A stretch of DNA of 44,966 nt from an uncultured Deinococcaceae bacterium (GCA_964252075.1 CAXULY010000044.1:1-44966); one strand, 5' to 3'; numbered from the stretch's first letter, positions 22,832 through 35,503 are shown. Program-made: numbers and translations. The notes: a model not told the origin generated them from the sequence alone.

Positions 22832-23211
22832 CGCGTCGCGACGCCGGACCATCCCCTCGCCACCCGCAGGACCTGAATGGTCCTGGTCTCGTGTGGCGTG
22901 CGTGCGGGTCCGGTACGCGTGACGTGGCCGAACGCTCCTTCACGCGCGCGAACCTGCGCCCCGCCACGCTGCTGGAAGTCGCGGGCACCGAGGCCGTCAA
23001 GGAAGCCGTCATGAGTGGCCTCGGCGCGGCCTTCCTGGCCGCCCTCAGCGTGCAGCGTGAACTTCAGGCGGGCCTGCTGGTGGCGCTCCCCCTGCCGCTT
23101 GATGGCCTGCGCCGCGACCTGTGGGCCGTCCACCCGCCCACCGAACTGCTGCCTCACGCCGCGCGCGCCTTTCTCACGCTGCTCCCCGCGCTGCCGCCCG
23201 ACGCGCCCTGA
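22832..23211 (+). pseudogene. C-terminal remnant of a LysR-family (CysL-like) regulator, frameshifted
   Basis: VATPDHPLA in one frame, then PQDLNGPGLVWRACGSGTR..TEAVKEAVMSGLG..ARAFL in another frame; HTH absent. Confidence 0.75.
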
Positions 23212-23255
23212 GAACCCCGGACACCACCCCCGGTGGAACCGGATAAGGTGGGCGC

Positions 23256-23957
23256 GTGCAGATCCTCCCCGGCGTGTATCAGGTGAACGGCGCCCCCTAC
23301 GGGCGGCACCAGAACAGCTACCTCATTCGTCACGCGGGCGCCACGGTCCTCGTGGACTCCGGCGACATGCACGACCCCACGCTGCCCGAGGTGGAGCGCC
23401 ACCTCGCCCGCTGGGGCGCGCGGGTGGAGGACGTCACGCACCTGTTCATCACGCACGAGCACTTCGACCACGCCAGCCACGCCGCCGCCCTGCAGCGCCG
23501 CGGCGTGCAGGTGGTGGCCTCCGCGCCCGCCGCGGACGCCATCGCGGCGGGCGACGAGCGCTGCATTGGGTACGCCGTGCAGCGCGACTTCGAGCCCTGC
23601 CGCGCGGACGCCCTCATCGCGGACGGCGAGGCGCGCGCGGTGGGTGGGCTGACCTTGCGCGCGCACGCCGCGCCCGGGCACTGCGCGGGCCTGCTGGTGT
23701 ACGAGCTCGCGCTGAACGGCGAGCGCCTGTGGTTCACGGGCGACCTGTTCGAGACCGTGCACGCGCACCGCGGCGTCACCCTCCCGTACATGGGCGCGCC
23801 GGACTTCGACCGCGCCACGTCCCTGCGGTCCCTCAAGCGCCTCCTGACCCTCCCGCCACCGGACCACCTGCTGCCCGGCCACGGCCCCGTCGCCCTCGGG
23901 CGCGCTGGGCGTCTGGTGCAGATGGCCTACGACGAAGCCATGATGGCGTGGCGCTGA
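23256..23957 (+). CDS. Metallo-beta-lactamase-fold hydrolase
   Basis: LVDSG, THEHFDH, PGH, FTGD and LPGHG motifs; TAAGGT 6 nt before the GTG. Confidence 0.88.
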   Translation: MQILPGVYQVNGAPYGRHQNSYLIRHAGATVLVDSGDMHDPTLPEVERHLARWGARVEDVTHLFITHEHFDHASHAAALQRRGVQVVASAPAADAIAAGDERCIGYAVQRDFEPCRADALIADGEARAVGGLTLRAHAAPGHCAGLLVYELALNGERLWFTGDLFETVHAHRGVTLPYMGAPDFDRATSLRSLKRLLTLPPPDHLLPGHGPVALGRAGRLVQMAYDEAMMAWR

Positions 23958-23973
23958 GCGGCCGGGCGGTCGG

Positions 23974-24723
23974 TCAGCCGTCCCCGGGCGGCACGTGATT
24001 GCCGTACAGCGCGTGCGCGTCGCACACGTCGTTCAGCACGCAGCGCCCGCACTTCGGGTGCGCGAATGTACACACCCGCTGCCCGTGCCGCAACAGGTCA
24101 ATGTGCAGCTCGTACAGCAGCGGGGGTTCCGGCGGCAGGAGCGCCAGCAGCGCCTTGTGCGCCGCCGACTCCCCCATCTTCGGGATGACGCCCACCCGAC
24201 TCGTGATGCGGTGCACGTGCGTGTCCACCGGGAACAGCGGCTTCCCGAAGCAGAACAGCAGCACCAGACTCGCGGTCTTCATGCCCACGCCCGGCAGCGC
24301 CATCAGCCACTTCAGGCCCTCCTGCGGGCTCAGGTCCGCCAGGAAGTCCAGCGTGTACGCCCCGTGCGCCTCATGAATCGCGCGCAGGGTCGCCTGAATG
24401 CGCGGCGCTTTCTGCTCGGCGTAGTTGCTGCGCCGGATGGCGTGCGCCACCACCTCCGTGGGCGCCGCCTCGATGTCCGCCCAGTCCCCGATCTCCCGCA
24501 ACTCCTGGTACGCCGCGTCCTCGTCCCGCCAGTTCGTCCGTTGCGACAGGATCGTGCTGATCAGCTCGTGCATCGGCTCACGCCGCGCCTCGTGCGGCAC
24601 GTGCCCGTACGCCTCCACCAGCCGCCGCCGCACGTCCAGCAGCAGGGCCGAACGGAACTCCGGCGGTTGAGCTGAATTCAGCACCCGCCCCGCAGGGTCA
24701 ACTGCCGCTGTCGTCGGACTCAT
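23974..24723 (-). CDS. nth: Endonuclease III-family DNA glycosylase (start uncertain: 24747, 24723 or 24684)
   Basis: ILSQRT, HhH motif LPGVGMKTA, PVDTHVHR, 4Fe-4S motif CTFAHPKCGRCVLNDVC. Confidence 0.9.
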   Translation of the reverse strand: MSPTTAAVDPAGRVLNSAQPPEFRSALLLDVRRRLVEAYGHVPHEARREPMHELISTILSQRTNWRDEDAAYQELREIGDWADIEAAPTEVVAHAIRRSNYAEQKAPRIQATLRAIHEAHGAYTLDFLADLSPQEGLKWLMALPGVGMKTASLVLLFCFGKPLFPVDTHVHRITSRVGVIPKMGESAAHKALLALLPPEPPLLYELHIDLLRHGQRVCTFAHPKCGRCVLNDVCDAHALYGNHVPPGDG

Positions 24724-24886
24724 CGCGGCCACCCTCGGCAGGCTCACGGTTCGCCGTGTCCACGCCGGGGTCCTTCCCCTGGTCCTGCGGGCGGCGGGTG
24801 GTGGGCTCGCCTTCCGCCTGCCCCTTCGTGTCCGGGTCGGGGTGCGTCATCTCGGTCTGCGCGTCGCTGCTGTTGTGATCCGTCAT
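24698..24886 (-). CDS. Small acidic, probably disordered protein
   Basis: 62 aa, rich in D/E/G/P/T, GC3-biased codons; CAAGCT 6 nt before the ATG. Confidence 0.55.
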   Translation of the reverse strand: MTDHNSSDAQTEMTHPDPDTKGQAEGEPTTRRPQDQGKDPGVDTANREPAEGGRDESDDSGS

Positions 24887-25061
24887 GCCCTGAGCTTGCG
24901 CCGGGCGCGTTCAGGAGGACTGCCAGTTCGCTCAAGTGGCCTTTAGGGAGGCGCGAGCGGATGGTATGGCCCCACCCAGGCGGCCGGAACGTTCCGGAGG
25001 TGCACAAGAACAACAGGAGGGCCGGAGCGGTCACCGCCCCAGCCCCCTCGTTGCCGCGTCT

Positions 25062-26354
25062 TTACTTCTGGGTGATGTTTTTACCGTCCTGGGGTTTCAC
25101 GCCCTGCTCCACCCAGGCGCGCAGTTCGTTCCACGCGGTGCCGAGTTCGGCGGGGGAGAAGTAGCAGTGCGCGGGCCCGCTGTTCTGCAGGTCCGCGAGG
25201 TTCACGGGTTTGGGGTCCACGACCTGCTGCACGAGGTTCGCGCTGTTCCCGGCCGCCGCCACGATGCCCTTGAACTCCGGCTCGAACAGGTACGGCACCA
25301 GCGGGTCCGAGGTGTTGTGGATGGAGAGCATCTTCGCGCTGAAGCGGCCCGTGGGGGTGTACCAGGCGTTCAGGTACGCCGTCGCGTCCGGCGTGGCCTT
25401 CACGCGCTCCACGCCCGCGTTGAGCGCCGCGTCGTCCAGGGAGCCCTTGTACACGGTGCCCTCGTTGCTGTACGCGCTGCCGCCCTGCGTCTGCAGGTTG
25501 TCCGTGAGGCCGTACGTGAGGCCGCCGAGCGCCGTGATGAAGCTGATGGGGTCCGGCTGCGCGCCCGTCACGGCCGCGATCTGCCCGATGACGCCCTGCA
25601 GCTGCGGGCTCTGCGCGGCGCCCGCGAACAGTGTGCCCACGGACTGCTGCACGGCCTGCAGGGTAAAGTCCGGGCGGGCGACCGTGAGGTTCCCCGCGCC
25701 GGGCAGCGCGATGGGTGCAGGGAGGTTCCGCGTGAAGTAGTCGTACACCGCGCGGAAGTCGATGAGGTAGCGCTCCTCGGCGCTCCAGCCGGCCACCACG
25801 CCGCAGTACGGGAGGGCGCCCGCGAATTCGTTCGGGTACAGTTCCGCGAGCGCCACCGTGACGTTCCCGCCCATGGAGGCGCCCGTGATGTAGGCGCGCT
25901 TGAGGCCCACGCCGTCCAGCCACTGCTTGAGCGCGAGGGTGCTGGTCACGCCGCTGCGCACCGCGTACCCGGTCTTGTCGTAGGCGCTGGAGGCGACCGC
26001 GTAGCCCTCCTGGTAGGCGGCCGTGAGGAGCCCGCCGGAAGGGTCCCTGTCGGGGGTGGGCGTGGTCTCCACGCTGCCTGGCAGGGCGTACCCGTGCGCG
26101 AACAGCACGGCCTGACCGTTCCAGTTCGCGGGAAAGCGCGCGGCGAAGGGCCGCGTCTGAATGCGGCCTGTCACGTCCAGCGCGCCGTTCTGGCCGGGCG
26201 TGAGCTGCAGGTCCGTGAGTTGCGGCCCGAGGGCGGTCGCGGCGGCGCGCACGCGCGATTCCAGGGTGGAGGCGGCCGTCGTCTGCGCGCACGCGCTCAG
26301 GGCGGCGGTGAGCAGCAGGGCGGCGGGAAGCAGGGCCGGTCGCAGGCTGGGCAT
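25062..26354 (-). CDS. Alpha/beta-hydrolase lipoprotein (tannase/esterase-like)
   Basis: Lipobox LSAC; FAHGY, nucleophile elbow GASMGG, DPLVP, AHCYF. Confidence 0.8.
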   Translation of the reverse strand: MPSLRPALLPAALLLTAALSACAQTTAASTLESRVRAAATALGPQLTDLQLTPGQNGALDVTGRIQTRPFAARFPANWNGQAVLFAHGYALPGSVETTPTPDRDPSGGLLTAAYQEGYAVASSAYDKTGYAVRSGVTSTLALKQWLDGVGLKRAYITGASMGGNVTVALAELYPNEFAGALPYCGVVAGWSAEERYLIDFRAVYDYFTRNLPAPIALPGAGNLTVARPDFTLQAVQQSVGTLFAGAAQSPQLQGVIGQIAAVTGAQPDPISFITALGGLTYGLTDNLQTQGGSAYSNEGTVYKGSLDDAALNAGVERVKATPDATAYLNAWYTPTGRFSAKMLSIHNTSDPLVPYLFEPEFKGIVAAAGNSANLVQQVVDPKPVNLADLQNSGPAHCYFSPAELGTAWNELRAWVEQGVKPQDGKNITQK

Positions 26355-26448
26355 GGTGATCTCGTTTCCGGACCGCGCGGGTCCTTGGGGGCGGTGATTG
26401 CCCGCCGATTCTATGGTCGGTGCGCGGTTCGAAAAAGCGGGATGGGCG

Positions 26449-26964
26449 TTATTCGAGGCGCTTCAGGGCGCGCTCGAAGACGTGCAGGGTGCCCGGGTCG
26501 TACAGCACCACCCGCACGTCGAGGTCCGGCCCGTGCGCCAGGAACGCCCGGATGGCGCCCAGCGCGACGGCTGCCGCCTGCTCCAGCGGGTAACCGTACA
26601 CGCCGGTGGAGATGGCAGGGAAGGCCACGCTCGCGCAGCCGTGCTCCGCCGCGAGTTCCAGGCTTCGCTGGTACGCGCCCGCCAGGAGTTCGGCCTCGCC
26701 GTGCGTGCCGCCCCGCCAGATGGGGCCCACCGCGTGAATCACGAACCGCACGCCCTGCCGCTCCAGGTTGAAGGCGGGCGTGAGGACCGCCGAGCCCGTG
26801 GGACACCCCCCGATCGCGCGGATGGCGCGCAGCAGCTCCGGGCCCGCCGCGCAGTGAATGGCGCCGTCCACGCCGCCGCCGCCCGCGAGCTGCGCGTTCG
26901 CGGCGGTTACGAGGGCATCCGCACGCTCGCGCGTGATGTCGCCCTGCGTCAGCGTGAGGGGCAC
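26449..26964 (-). CDS. Macrodomain protein (YmdB-like O-acetyl-ADP-ribose deacetylase)
   Basis: [25 protein letters not shown] and [11 protein letters not shown] motifs. Confidence 0.92.
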   Translation of the reverse strand: MPLTLTQGDITRERADALVTAANAQLAGGGGVDGAIHCAAGPELLRAIRAIGGCPTGSAVLTPAFNLERQGVRFVIHAVGPIWRGGTHGEAELLAGAYQRSLELAAEHGCASVAFPAISTGVYGYPLEQAAAVALGAIRAFLAHGPDLDVRVVLYDPGTLHVFERALKRLE

Positions 26965-26971
26965 GGGGCCT

Positions 26972-27628
26972 TCAGCCCTCCACGATGCGGCGCAGGTCGC
27001 CCTCGCTCAGGCGCCCGCTGCGCACGCGCTCCGCCACCTGAATGGCGCGCATCTCGTTTACGGCGCGGTCCAGGTCGTCGTTCACCACCACGTACCGGAA
27101 GTGGTGGGCCTCCATGATCTCCTCGCGCGCGCGCCGCAGGCGCTTCTCGATGAGTTCCGGCGTTTCGGTCGCGCGGCCCTCCAGGCGGCGCCTGAGTTCC
27201 GAGAGGCTGGGCGGCGCGATGAACACCAGCACTGCTTCCGGCGCGCGCTGGGCGACCTGCAGGGCGCCCAGCACCTCGATCTCCAGGATCACGTCCTGCC
27301 CCGACGCGAGCGCCGCCTCGATGGGCGCGCGCGGCGTGCCGTAGTGGTTCCCCACGAATTCCGCGTGCTCCAGGAAGCCGCCCTGCCCGCTCTCCGCCAG
27401 GAACTGCTCGCGGCTCACGAAGTGGTAATCCACGCCGGGCCGCTCGCCGGGGCGCGGGGGGCGGCTGGTCCAGGAGACGCTGTAGAACACGTCCTGGCCG
27501 TGCAGCCAGCGCTCGCGGAGGGTGCCCTTGCCCACGCCCGACGCTCCGGTCATCACGATCAGCAGGCCCCGCCCGTTGGGGGACGGTCGGGACGGGGGCG
27601 GTGCGGTGTCGTGTGAAGCCACAGTCAT
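26972..27628 (-). CDS. gmk: Guanylate kinase
   Basis: [24 protein letters not shown] and YGT motifs. Confidence 0.96.
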   Translation of the reverse strand: MTVASHDTAPPPSRPSPNGRGLLIVMTGASGVGKGTLRERWLHGQDVFYSVSWTSRPPRPGERPGVDYHFVSREQFLAESGQGGFLEHAEFVGNHYGTPRAPIEAALASGQDVILEIEVLGALQVAQRAPEAVLVFIAPPSLSELRRRLEGRATETPELIEKRLRRAREEIMEAHHFRYVVVNDDLDRAVNEMRAIQVAERVRSGRLSEGDLRRIVEG

Positions 27629-27720
27629 ATCCTCCGAGGATACCCGCCGGTCACGCCGGGCGGAAGGGCAGGAATCCCGCGCCTGTCACTGTGGGGGGCA
27701 CAGCGCCGCGGCGGGCGCCG

Positions 27721-28575
27721 TCACTCGTGCTGGTACAGGTACAGCTCGCCGGGCCGCATGAGTTTCGAGGCGCGCGCCTGATTCAGGCCGTACAGGTACC
27801 CCGTGAAGAGGCTCGGATCGCTGGTGTTCCCCTCAATCAGGTCGTAGTGCGTGGGCACGATCACGCGGATGTCGAGCTCCTCCGCGAGGTTCGCGGCCTC
27901 GCGGTGGTCGGTGTTCCCCACGAGGTTCGCGCGCGTCCGGAAGTAATCGCGGCCGTTGATGGGCACGAACGCGAGGTCCAGCGGCGTGTCCTTCAGGAGC
28001 CCGATCAGGCCCGGCTTGAAGCGCGGGTCGTCCGGCAGGCCGGGGTTGTCGCCGTCCCAGATGATGGTGTCGCCCGCGTGGTAGAGCGTCACGCCGTTCC
28101 ACTCGATGCGGTACCCGAAGTACGAGAAGCCCCGCGCGCCGTACTCCAGTTCGGTGTGGCAGCTTGGCAGGGCCGTGACGGTCGCGGAGCCGATCTGAAA
28201 CGGCGCGAGCACGTCCGGGTGCGTGATGCGCGCCGCGTTAATGCCGGCCTTCGTGAAGTCGCAGGTGTGCGGGCCGTAAAAACGCGCGTCCGGGGACGCC
28301 TGCGCGATGGGCCCGAGCGTCTGCGGGTCGAAGTGATCGATGTGCTCGTGCGTGACGAGCACCGCCGAGGCGTTCGTGACGTCGTGCGGGTCGAGCGGCG
28401 TGGGGTACGTGCGCGGCAGGGTGCCGCCGCCGCCGTCACTGTCCGTGAGGTACGGGTCAATGTAAATCACGCCGTCCGGTCCGCGCAGCGCGACGCCCAC
28501 CTGCCCGAGGAAGTACACGCCGAGCTGACCGGGCCCCACCTTCAGCCGCTCCATGCGCGTAATCATGCTGTCCAT
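27721..28575 (-). CDS. MBL-fold hydrolase, UlaG-like (L-ascorbate-6-phosphate lactonase family)
   Basis: LGQ, IDPYL, THEHIDHFD, YHAGDT, PING and PTHYD motifs; TATGGT 7 nt before ATG 28575. Confidence 0.8.
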   Translation of the reverse strand: MDSMITRMERLKVGPGQLGVYFLGQVGVALRGPDGVIYIDPYLTDSDGGGGTLPRTYPTPLDPHDVTNASAVLVTHEHIDHFDPQTLGPIAQASPDARFYGPHTCDFTKAGINAARITHPDVLAPFQIGSATVTALPSCHTELEYGARGFSYFGYRIEWNGVTLYHAGDTIIWDGDNPGLPDDPRFKPGLIGLLKDTPLDLAFVPINGRDYFRTRANLVGNTDHREAANLAEELDIRVIVPTHYDLIEGNTSDPSLFTGYLYGLNQARASKLMRPGELYLYQHE

Positions 28576-28769
28576 GTGCTGCACCATAAAGGGCGGCGCC
28601 CGCCCTGCGCCTTGACCGTTCACCCATCGAAATGAGGTGCGGCGTGGGTGCGGGGCGAGGCTTGCGTCAAGGAACCTTGTGGCGGAACACCATTCAACCG
28701 GGTGCGTGGTGGCGTAGCGTCAAGGGTGTGAAGCCGGGCCGCGTGGACCCGGCGCAGGAGGAGCACGCC

Positions 28770-29705
28770 ATGAACAAACTGGAACAGCTGCGAGAGATGA
28801 CCGTCGTGGTGGCCGACACCGGGGACATCGAGGCCATCCGCAAGTACAAGCCCCAGGACTGCACCACCAACCCCTCGCTGATCCTGAAGGCCGTGGACCT
28901 GCCCGGTTACAAGCAGTACCTGGACGACGCCCGCAAGAGCGCCGCGCAGGGCGGCGTGGAGGCCGCGATGGACACCCTGACCGTGAAGATCGGGACGGAA
29001 CTCGCGCACATCGTGCCGGGCAACGTCTCCACGGAGGTGGACGCGCGCCTCAGTTACGACACGCCCGCCATGATCGAGAAGGCCCACACCCTGATCGGCC
29101 TGTACGAGAAAGAAGGCGTCGGCAAGGACCGCATCCTGATCAAGCTCGCGACGACCTGGGAGGGCGTGCAGGCCGCGAAGGTGCTGCAGCAGGAAGGCAT
29201 CCGCTGCAACATGACCCTGGTCTTCAACCTCGCGCAGGCCGTCGCGAGCGCGCAGGTGGGCGCGTACCTGATCTCGCCCTTCGTGGGGCGCATCACGGAC
29301 TGGTACAAGAAGTCGCGGGGCGTCGAGGGCTTCAGCGTGGACGAGGACCCCGGCGTGCAGTCCGTGAAGGGCATCTACGCGCACTTCAAGCAGCACGGCT
29401 ACCAGACCATCGTGATGGGCGCGTCGTTCCGCAGCGCCGCGCAGGTGGAGGCGCTCGCGGGCTGCGACCGCCTCACCATCAGCCCGCAGCTGCTCGGCGA
29501 GCTGGACGCCGACCAGGGCACGCTCACCCGGCAGCTCACGCCCAGCGAGGGCAGCGCGCAGGAAACGCCCCTCACCGAGGCGGACTTCCGCTGGCAGGTC
29601 GGTGCGGACGCCATGGCGACCGACAAGCTCGCGGAGGGCATCCGGCAGTTCCACGCGGACAGCGAGAAGCTCCGCAAGATGCTCAGCGAAGTCGTCTCCG
29701 CGTAA
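28770..29705 (+). CDS. tal: Transaldolase (long, TalB-type)
   Basis: VVADTGD, TTNPSLI, STEVDARLS, ILIKLA, CNMTL, ISPFVGRI and GASFR motifs; AGGAGG RBS. Confidence 0.96.
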   Translation: MNKLEQLREMTVVVADTGDIEAIRKYKPQDCTTNPSLILKAVDLPGYKQYLDDARKSAAQGGVEAAMDTLTVKIGTELAHIVPGNVSTEVDARLSYDTPAMIEKAHTLIGLYEKEGVGKDRILIKLATTWEGVQAAKVLQQEGIRCNMTLVFNLAQAVASAQVGAYLISPFVGRITDWYKKSRGVEGFSVDEDPGVQSVKGIYAHFKQHGYQTIVMGASFRSAAQVEALAGCDRLTISPQLLGELDADQGTLTRQLTPSEGSAQETPLTEADFRWQVGADAMATDKLAEGIRQFHADSEKLRKMLSEVVSA

Positions 29706-29711
29706 GCAAGT

Positions 29712-29748
29712 GAAAAGGGGCCGCCGGGTTCGCCCGGCGGCCCCTCTC
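29712..29748. terminator. Bidirectional terminator between tal and tkt
   Basis: AAAAGGGGCCGCCGGG-ttcg-CCCGGCGGCCCCT. Confidence 0.8.
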
Positions 29749-29757
29749 GCTGGTCGT

Positions 29758-31740
<1,983 letters not shown>

Positions 31741-31822
31741 GCCGCCAGCATACCCCGTCCATTCCGGCAATAGTGTCCGAGGTACAAGAATAAGATTTCC
31801 TGAAGAACAGCATGCCTGACGC

Positions 31823-33052
31823 TCAGCTGGACGGCCCCACCTCCGTCCCCGCCCTCGCGCGGTGGGCGCCCAGCAGCAGGGCCGCTAGGCCCGCGAGCAG
31901 CGCCCCACCCACGAACGGCGAGGCGGCGCCCGCGCGGGCGTACAGCTGCCCGCCCAGCAGCGGGCCCGCCACCGACGCCAGCGACTGCAGCGCCTGACCG
32001 CCGCCCTGCACGCGCCCCTGCGCGTCCGGCCCGGCGGCGCGCGAGAGCAGCGCCCCCAGACTCGCCGTGAACACCCCCTCGCCCCCCGCGAACAGCACCA
32101 CCGCCGCGTACACCAGCGCGGGCGCGGGCCACACCGTGAGCAGCGCCATCCCGCAGAGCCCGGCGCCCACCGACACCAGCCCGCCCAGCGCCACCCGCCG
32201 CTCCCCGAAGCGCGCCAGCAGCGGCCCCAGCAGCAGGCCCTGCGCCACGATGTCGCACGCGCCCACCGCGATCAGCACCGAGCCTGTCTGTGCCGGACCC
32301 CAGCGCAGGGCGTCCTTGGTGAGCAGGCTCAGGGTGGCGGTCGAGAGCGCGAAGGCCAGCGCGAACAGCGCGCCCACCGTCAGGAAGGGCCGCAACTCCG
32401 CGAGGGCCAGCAGACCCGCCACCTGCGTGAAGGGGTTCAGGCGCGCGGCGCTCAGGTCCGCGCGCCGCCGCCCGCCGGGCCGGCTCTCCGGCACGAACAG
32501 CAGCCCCCACAGCAGGCTCAGCGCGCTCAGCGCCGCCGCCGCGAACACCGGCACGCTCAGCCCGAAGTGCGCGAGCGCCCCGCCCAGCGCCGGACCCAGA
32601 ATGAACCCCGTCCCGAAGGTCGCGCCCACCAGACCGAAGAACCGGCCGCGCTGCTCGGGCGGCGTCACGTCCGCCAGCATCCCGAACAGCGCGCCGAAAT
32701 TCCCGGCGGTCAGGCCGTCCAGCACCCGCCCCAGGAACAAGGCCCACAGCGCCCCACCCCACCCGAACACCAGGTAACCCACCACGGAACCCGCGAGGCT
32801 CACCAGCAGCACGGGCCGCCGCCCCCACGCGTCCGACAGCGCGCCCAGCGCGGGCCCCGCGAAGAACGCGCACAGCGCGTAACTCGCGCCCAGCCACCCC
32901 ACCGTCGCGGCGAGCGGCGCGCCCGCCGGCACGAACCGCCCCACGATGAACGGCAGCACCGGCCCCAGCAGCCCGATGCCCATGGAGCCCAGCAGGGCGC
33001 CCGCAAGAATGAAGGCGAGGGTCGCGCGCGGCGGTCGGTGCAGGTCCGTCAT
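31823..33052 (-). CDS. MFS drug:H+ antiporter, TetA/DHA1-like
   Basis: Motif [12 protein letters not shown], motif [11 protein letters not shown], about 12 TM. Confidence 0.88.
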   Translation of the reverse strand: MTDLHRPPRATLAFILAGALLGSMGIGLLGPVLPFIVGRFVPAGAPLAATVGWLGASYALCAFFAGPALGALSDAWGRRPVLLVSLAGSVVGYLVFGWGGALWALFLGRVLDGLTAGNFGALFGMLADVTPPEQRGRFFGLVGATFGTGFILGPALGGALAHFGLSVPVFAAAALSALSLLWGLLFVPESRPGGRRRADLSAARLNPFTQVAGLLALAELRPFLTVGALFALAFALSTATLSLLTKDALRWGPAQTGSVLIAVGACDIVAQGLLLGPLLARFGERRVALGGLVSVGAGLCGMALLTVWPAPALVYAAVVLFAGGEGVFTASLGALLSRAAGPDAQGRVQGGGQALQSLASVAGPLLGGQLYARAGAASPFVGGALLAGLAALLLGAHRARAGTEVGPSS

Positions 33053-33110
33053 GCCGCGAGGCTACGGCGCCCCACCCCCCGGACGCTTGAAGAAACGCGA
33101 CAGCCGCCCG

Positions 33111-33947
33111 CTAGCGAACCGGCCCGCTGGACTGCCCGGACAGCAGCCCAGCGTCCGGGCGACCCACCCGCACCACCGCGATGTACTGCAGGAACTCCGT
33201 GGGGCTCATGGACGCGAAACTGCGGAAGTCCCGCGCGAAGTGCGCCTGATCCGCGTACCCCAGGTCGTACGCGAGGTCCGTGAGGCTCTGACCGGGCGTC
33301 ATCCACAGGCGGTTGTGCGCCTCCTCGAAGCGGATGAGGCGCGCGAGTGCCTTGGGCGCCACGCCGATCTCCGCGCGGAACTGCCGCTCCAGACTGCGCG
33401 TGGAGAGCCCCAGCTCCTCGGCGAGTTCATTCACGCGAGCGCGGCCCGGCTCGTGGTACAGCGCGATGGCGGCGTGCACGGCCGGGCCGCGCTCGCGCGC
33501 GCACTTGGCGGCGCGCTCCACCAGCCAGCCCTGCAGGACCTCCACGGCGGCGCACACGCTGCCCTCCTGCAGGAGCGCGCGCACCGTCCGGGCCAGCCGC
33601 ACGAGGGACGCCTCGCGCACGGGGTAGCGGAGCGCCTGCACGCCCGAACTGAGGCCCAGCAGCTGCACCGCGCCCCACGGGTACAGCTCGGCCCCCATGG
33701 CGCGCGTGAGGCCGCGCGACACCCCCCCCACCGGGCGACCGTAAAGCCCCAGCACGTAGGCGGGCGGCAGCGGAATGAGGGCGCCCGCCTGCTCGAAGTA
33801 ACTCTCGCCCGCGTAAAAGGTGAGGCGCACGCTGCGCTCCGGCAGGAAGCGGTGCGCCTCGGTCGCGCCGGTGTGCTCCTCCTCAACGGACCAGAAGGCG
33901 CGCACGAGTCCCGCGAGGGCGGGCGGCGGCGCGTACTCACGGTACAT
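33111..33947 (-). CDS. AraC-family transcriptional regulator
   Basis: LSTRSLERQF..EIGVAPK and GYADQAHFARDFR motifs; lies upstream of the MFS gene. Confidence 0.9.
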   Translation of the reverse strand: MYREYAPPPALAGLVRAFWSVEEEHTGATEAHRFLPERSVRLTFYAGESYFEQAGALIPLPPAYVLGLYGRPVGGVSRGLTRAMGAELYPWGAVQLLGLSSGVQALRYPVREASLVRLARTVRALLQEGSVCAAVEVLQGWLVERAAKCARERGPAVHAAIALYHEPGRARVNELAEELGLSTRSLERQFRAEIGVAPKALARLIRFEEAHNRLWMTPGQSLTDLAYDLGYADQAHFARDFRSFASMSPTEFLQYIAVVRVGRPDAGLLSGQSSGPVR

Positions 33948-34150
33948 GCCGCATGCTGGCACGCCCCCGGGGCGGCCGGCATCGGCCAGACGGCGGGGTG
34001 AATCGGCCCCATCTGACAGTCGCGGCCCCACGCCCTCCCGTACAACCAGCCCATGACCGCCACCCACACACAGGCTGGGAATGCATGGCGCGGGGCGGTG
34101 CCGCGCCCCCGCATGTCCACCGGGACGCAACCGCAACGGACGGTGGGCGC

Positions 34151-35503
34151 ATGATCCACGAGGAACGCATCCAGGTGCTGCGCCCCGGCGGGCCAGCGGG
34201 CGGGCGTTACGTGCTGTACTGGATGCAGGCGTCCGTGCGGACGCGCTTCAACCACGCGCTGGAGTACGCCGTGCAGCAGGCGAACGAACGCCGCCAGCCG
34301 CTGCTGGTGTGTTTCGGGCTGACGCCCCGCTACCCCGCCGCGAACGCCCGGCATTACCGGTACCTGCTGGAGGGCCTGCGGGACGTGAGCGCGGCCCTCA
34401 CGGCGCGCGGCATTGGCTTCACGCTGCAACTCGCGGGGGAGGGCGGGCCGCCCAGCGTGCCCTTCGCGCTCGCGCGGGACGCGAGTCTGGTCGTCACGGA
34501 CCGCGGGTACCTGCGCACCTCCCGGCAGTGGCGGGCGTGGCTCGCCGAACGCTTGAACGTGCCGCTCGTGCAGGTGGAATCCGAGGCGGTCGTGCCCGTG
34601 GACGCCGCCAGCCGCAAGCTGGAGTTCGCGGCCCGCACCCTGCGCCCCAAGGTGATGCGCCTGCTGGAACGCTACGCCACGTCACTCGACGAGACGGCAC
34701 CCAGGGTGAAGGCCCACGACCTCGCGGACGGCCTCGACCCGCGGGACGTGGACGCCCTCCTGAACACCTTCAGGCCCGACCCGACCGTGCCGCCCGGCGC
34801 GGAAACGGGCGGTGAGGTCGCGGCGCAGGCGCGCCTCAAAGACTTCCTCGCGAGCGGCCTCGCCGCCTACGACATGCGCCGCAACGACCCGCTGGTGGAC
34901 GGCTCCAGCCGCCTCAGCGCGCACCTGCACTACGGGCACATCTCGCCGCTGGACGCGCTGCTGGCCGCCCGGCAGGTGGGCGGCCCCGGCCTCGCGCCCT
35001 TCACGGAGGAACTCGTGGTGCGCCGCGAGCTGAGCTTCAACCTCACCGAGCACAACCCCGACTACGACCGCTACGAGGGCCTTCCCGAGTGGTCCAGGAA
35101 AACCCTGGAGGAACACGCCCTGGACCCCCGCCCGCAGCTCTTCACGCCCGAACAGCTGGAGCGAGGCGAGACCCACGACCCGTACTGGAACGCCGCGCAG
35201 CGCCAGATGGTGCAGACCGGACGCATGCACAACCACCTGCGCATGTACTGGGGCAAAAAGGTGCTGGAGTGGACGCCCACCCCGCAGGCGGCCTTCGACA
35301 TCCTCATGCACCTGAACGACCGCTACGAACTGGATGGCCGCGACCCGAACAGTTACGCGGGCATCAGCTGGGTGTTCGGCCGGCACGACCGACCGTGGGC
35401 GCGCCGCCCCATCTTCGGGACGGTGCGGTACATGGCGGCGAGCGGCGTGAAACGCAAGTTCGACGCGGACGCCTACGCGCGCCGCTGGCTGCCCAGCACC
35501 TGA
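34151..35503 (+). CDS. phr: Class II CPD DNA photolyase
   Basis: YVLYWM, SRLSAHLHYG, EELVVRRELS, MHNHLRMYWGKK, LDGRDPNSY and HDRPW..RPIFGTVRYM class II motifs. Confidence 0.92.
   Translation: MIHEERIQVLRPGGPAGGRYVLYWMQASVRTRFNHALEYAVQQANERRQPLLVCFGLTPRYPAANARHYRYLLEGLRDVSAALTARGIGFTLQLAGEGGPPSVPFALARDASLVVTDRGYLRTSRQWRAWLAERLNVPLVQVESEAVVPVDAASRKLEFAARTLRPKVMRLLERYATSLDETAPRVKAHDLADGLDPRDVDALLNTFRPDPTVPPGAETGGEVAAQARLKDFLASGLAAYDMRRNDPLVDGSSRLSAHLHYGHISPLDALLAARQVGGPGLAPFTEELVVRRELSFNLTEHNPDYDRYEGLPEWSRKTLEEHALDPRPQLFTPEQLERGETHDPYWNAAQRQMVQTGRMHNHLRMYWGKKVLEWTPTPQAAFDILMHLNDRYELDGRDPNSYAGISWVFGRHDRPWARRPIFGTVRYMAASGVKRKFDADAYARRWLPST

Noticed and set aside
31762..31778. Possible RDRM upstream of tkt
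   Set aside because: Only one half-site (TTCCGG) is present; the other arm does not match.
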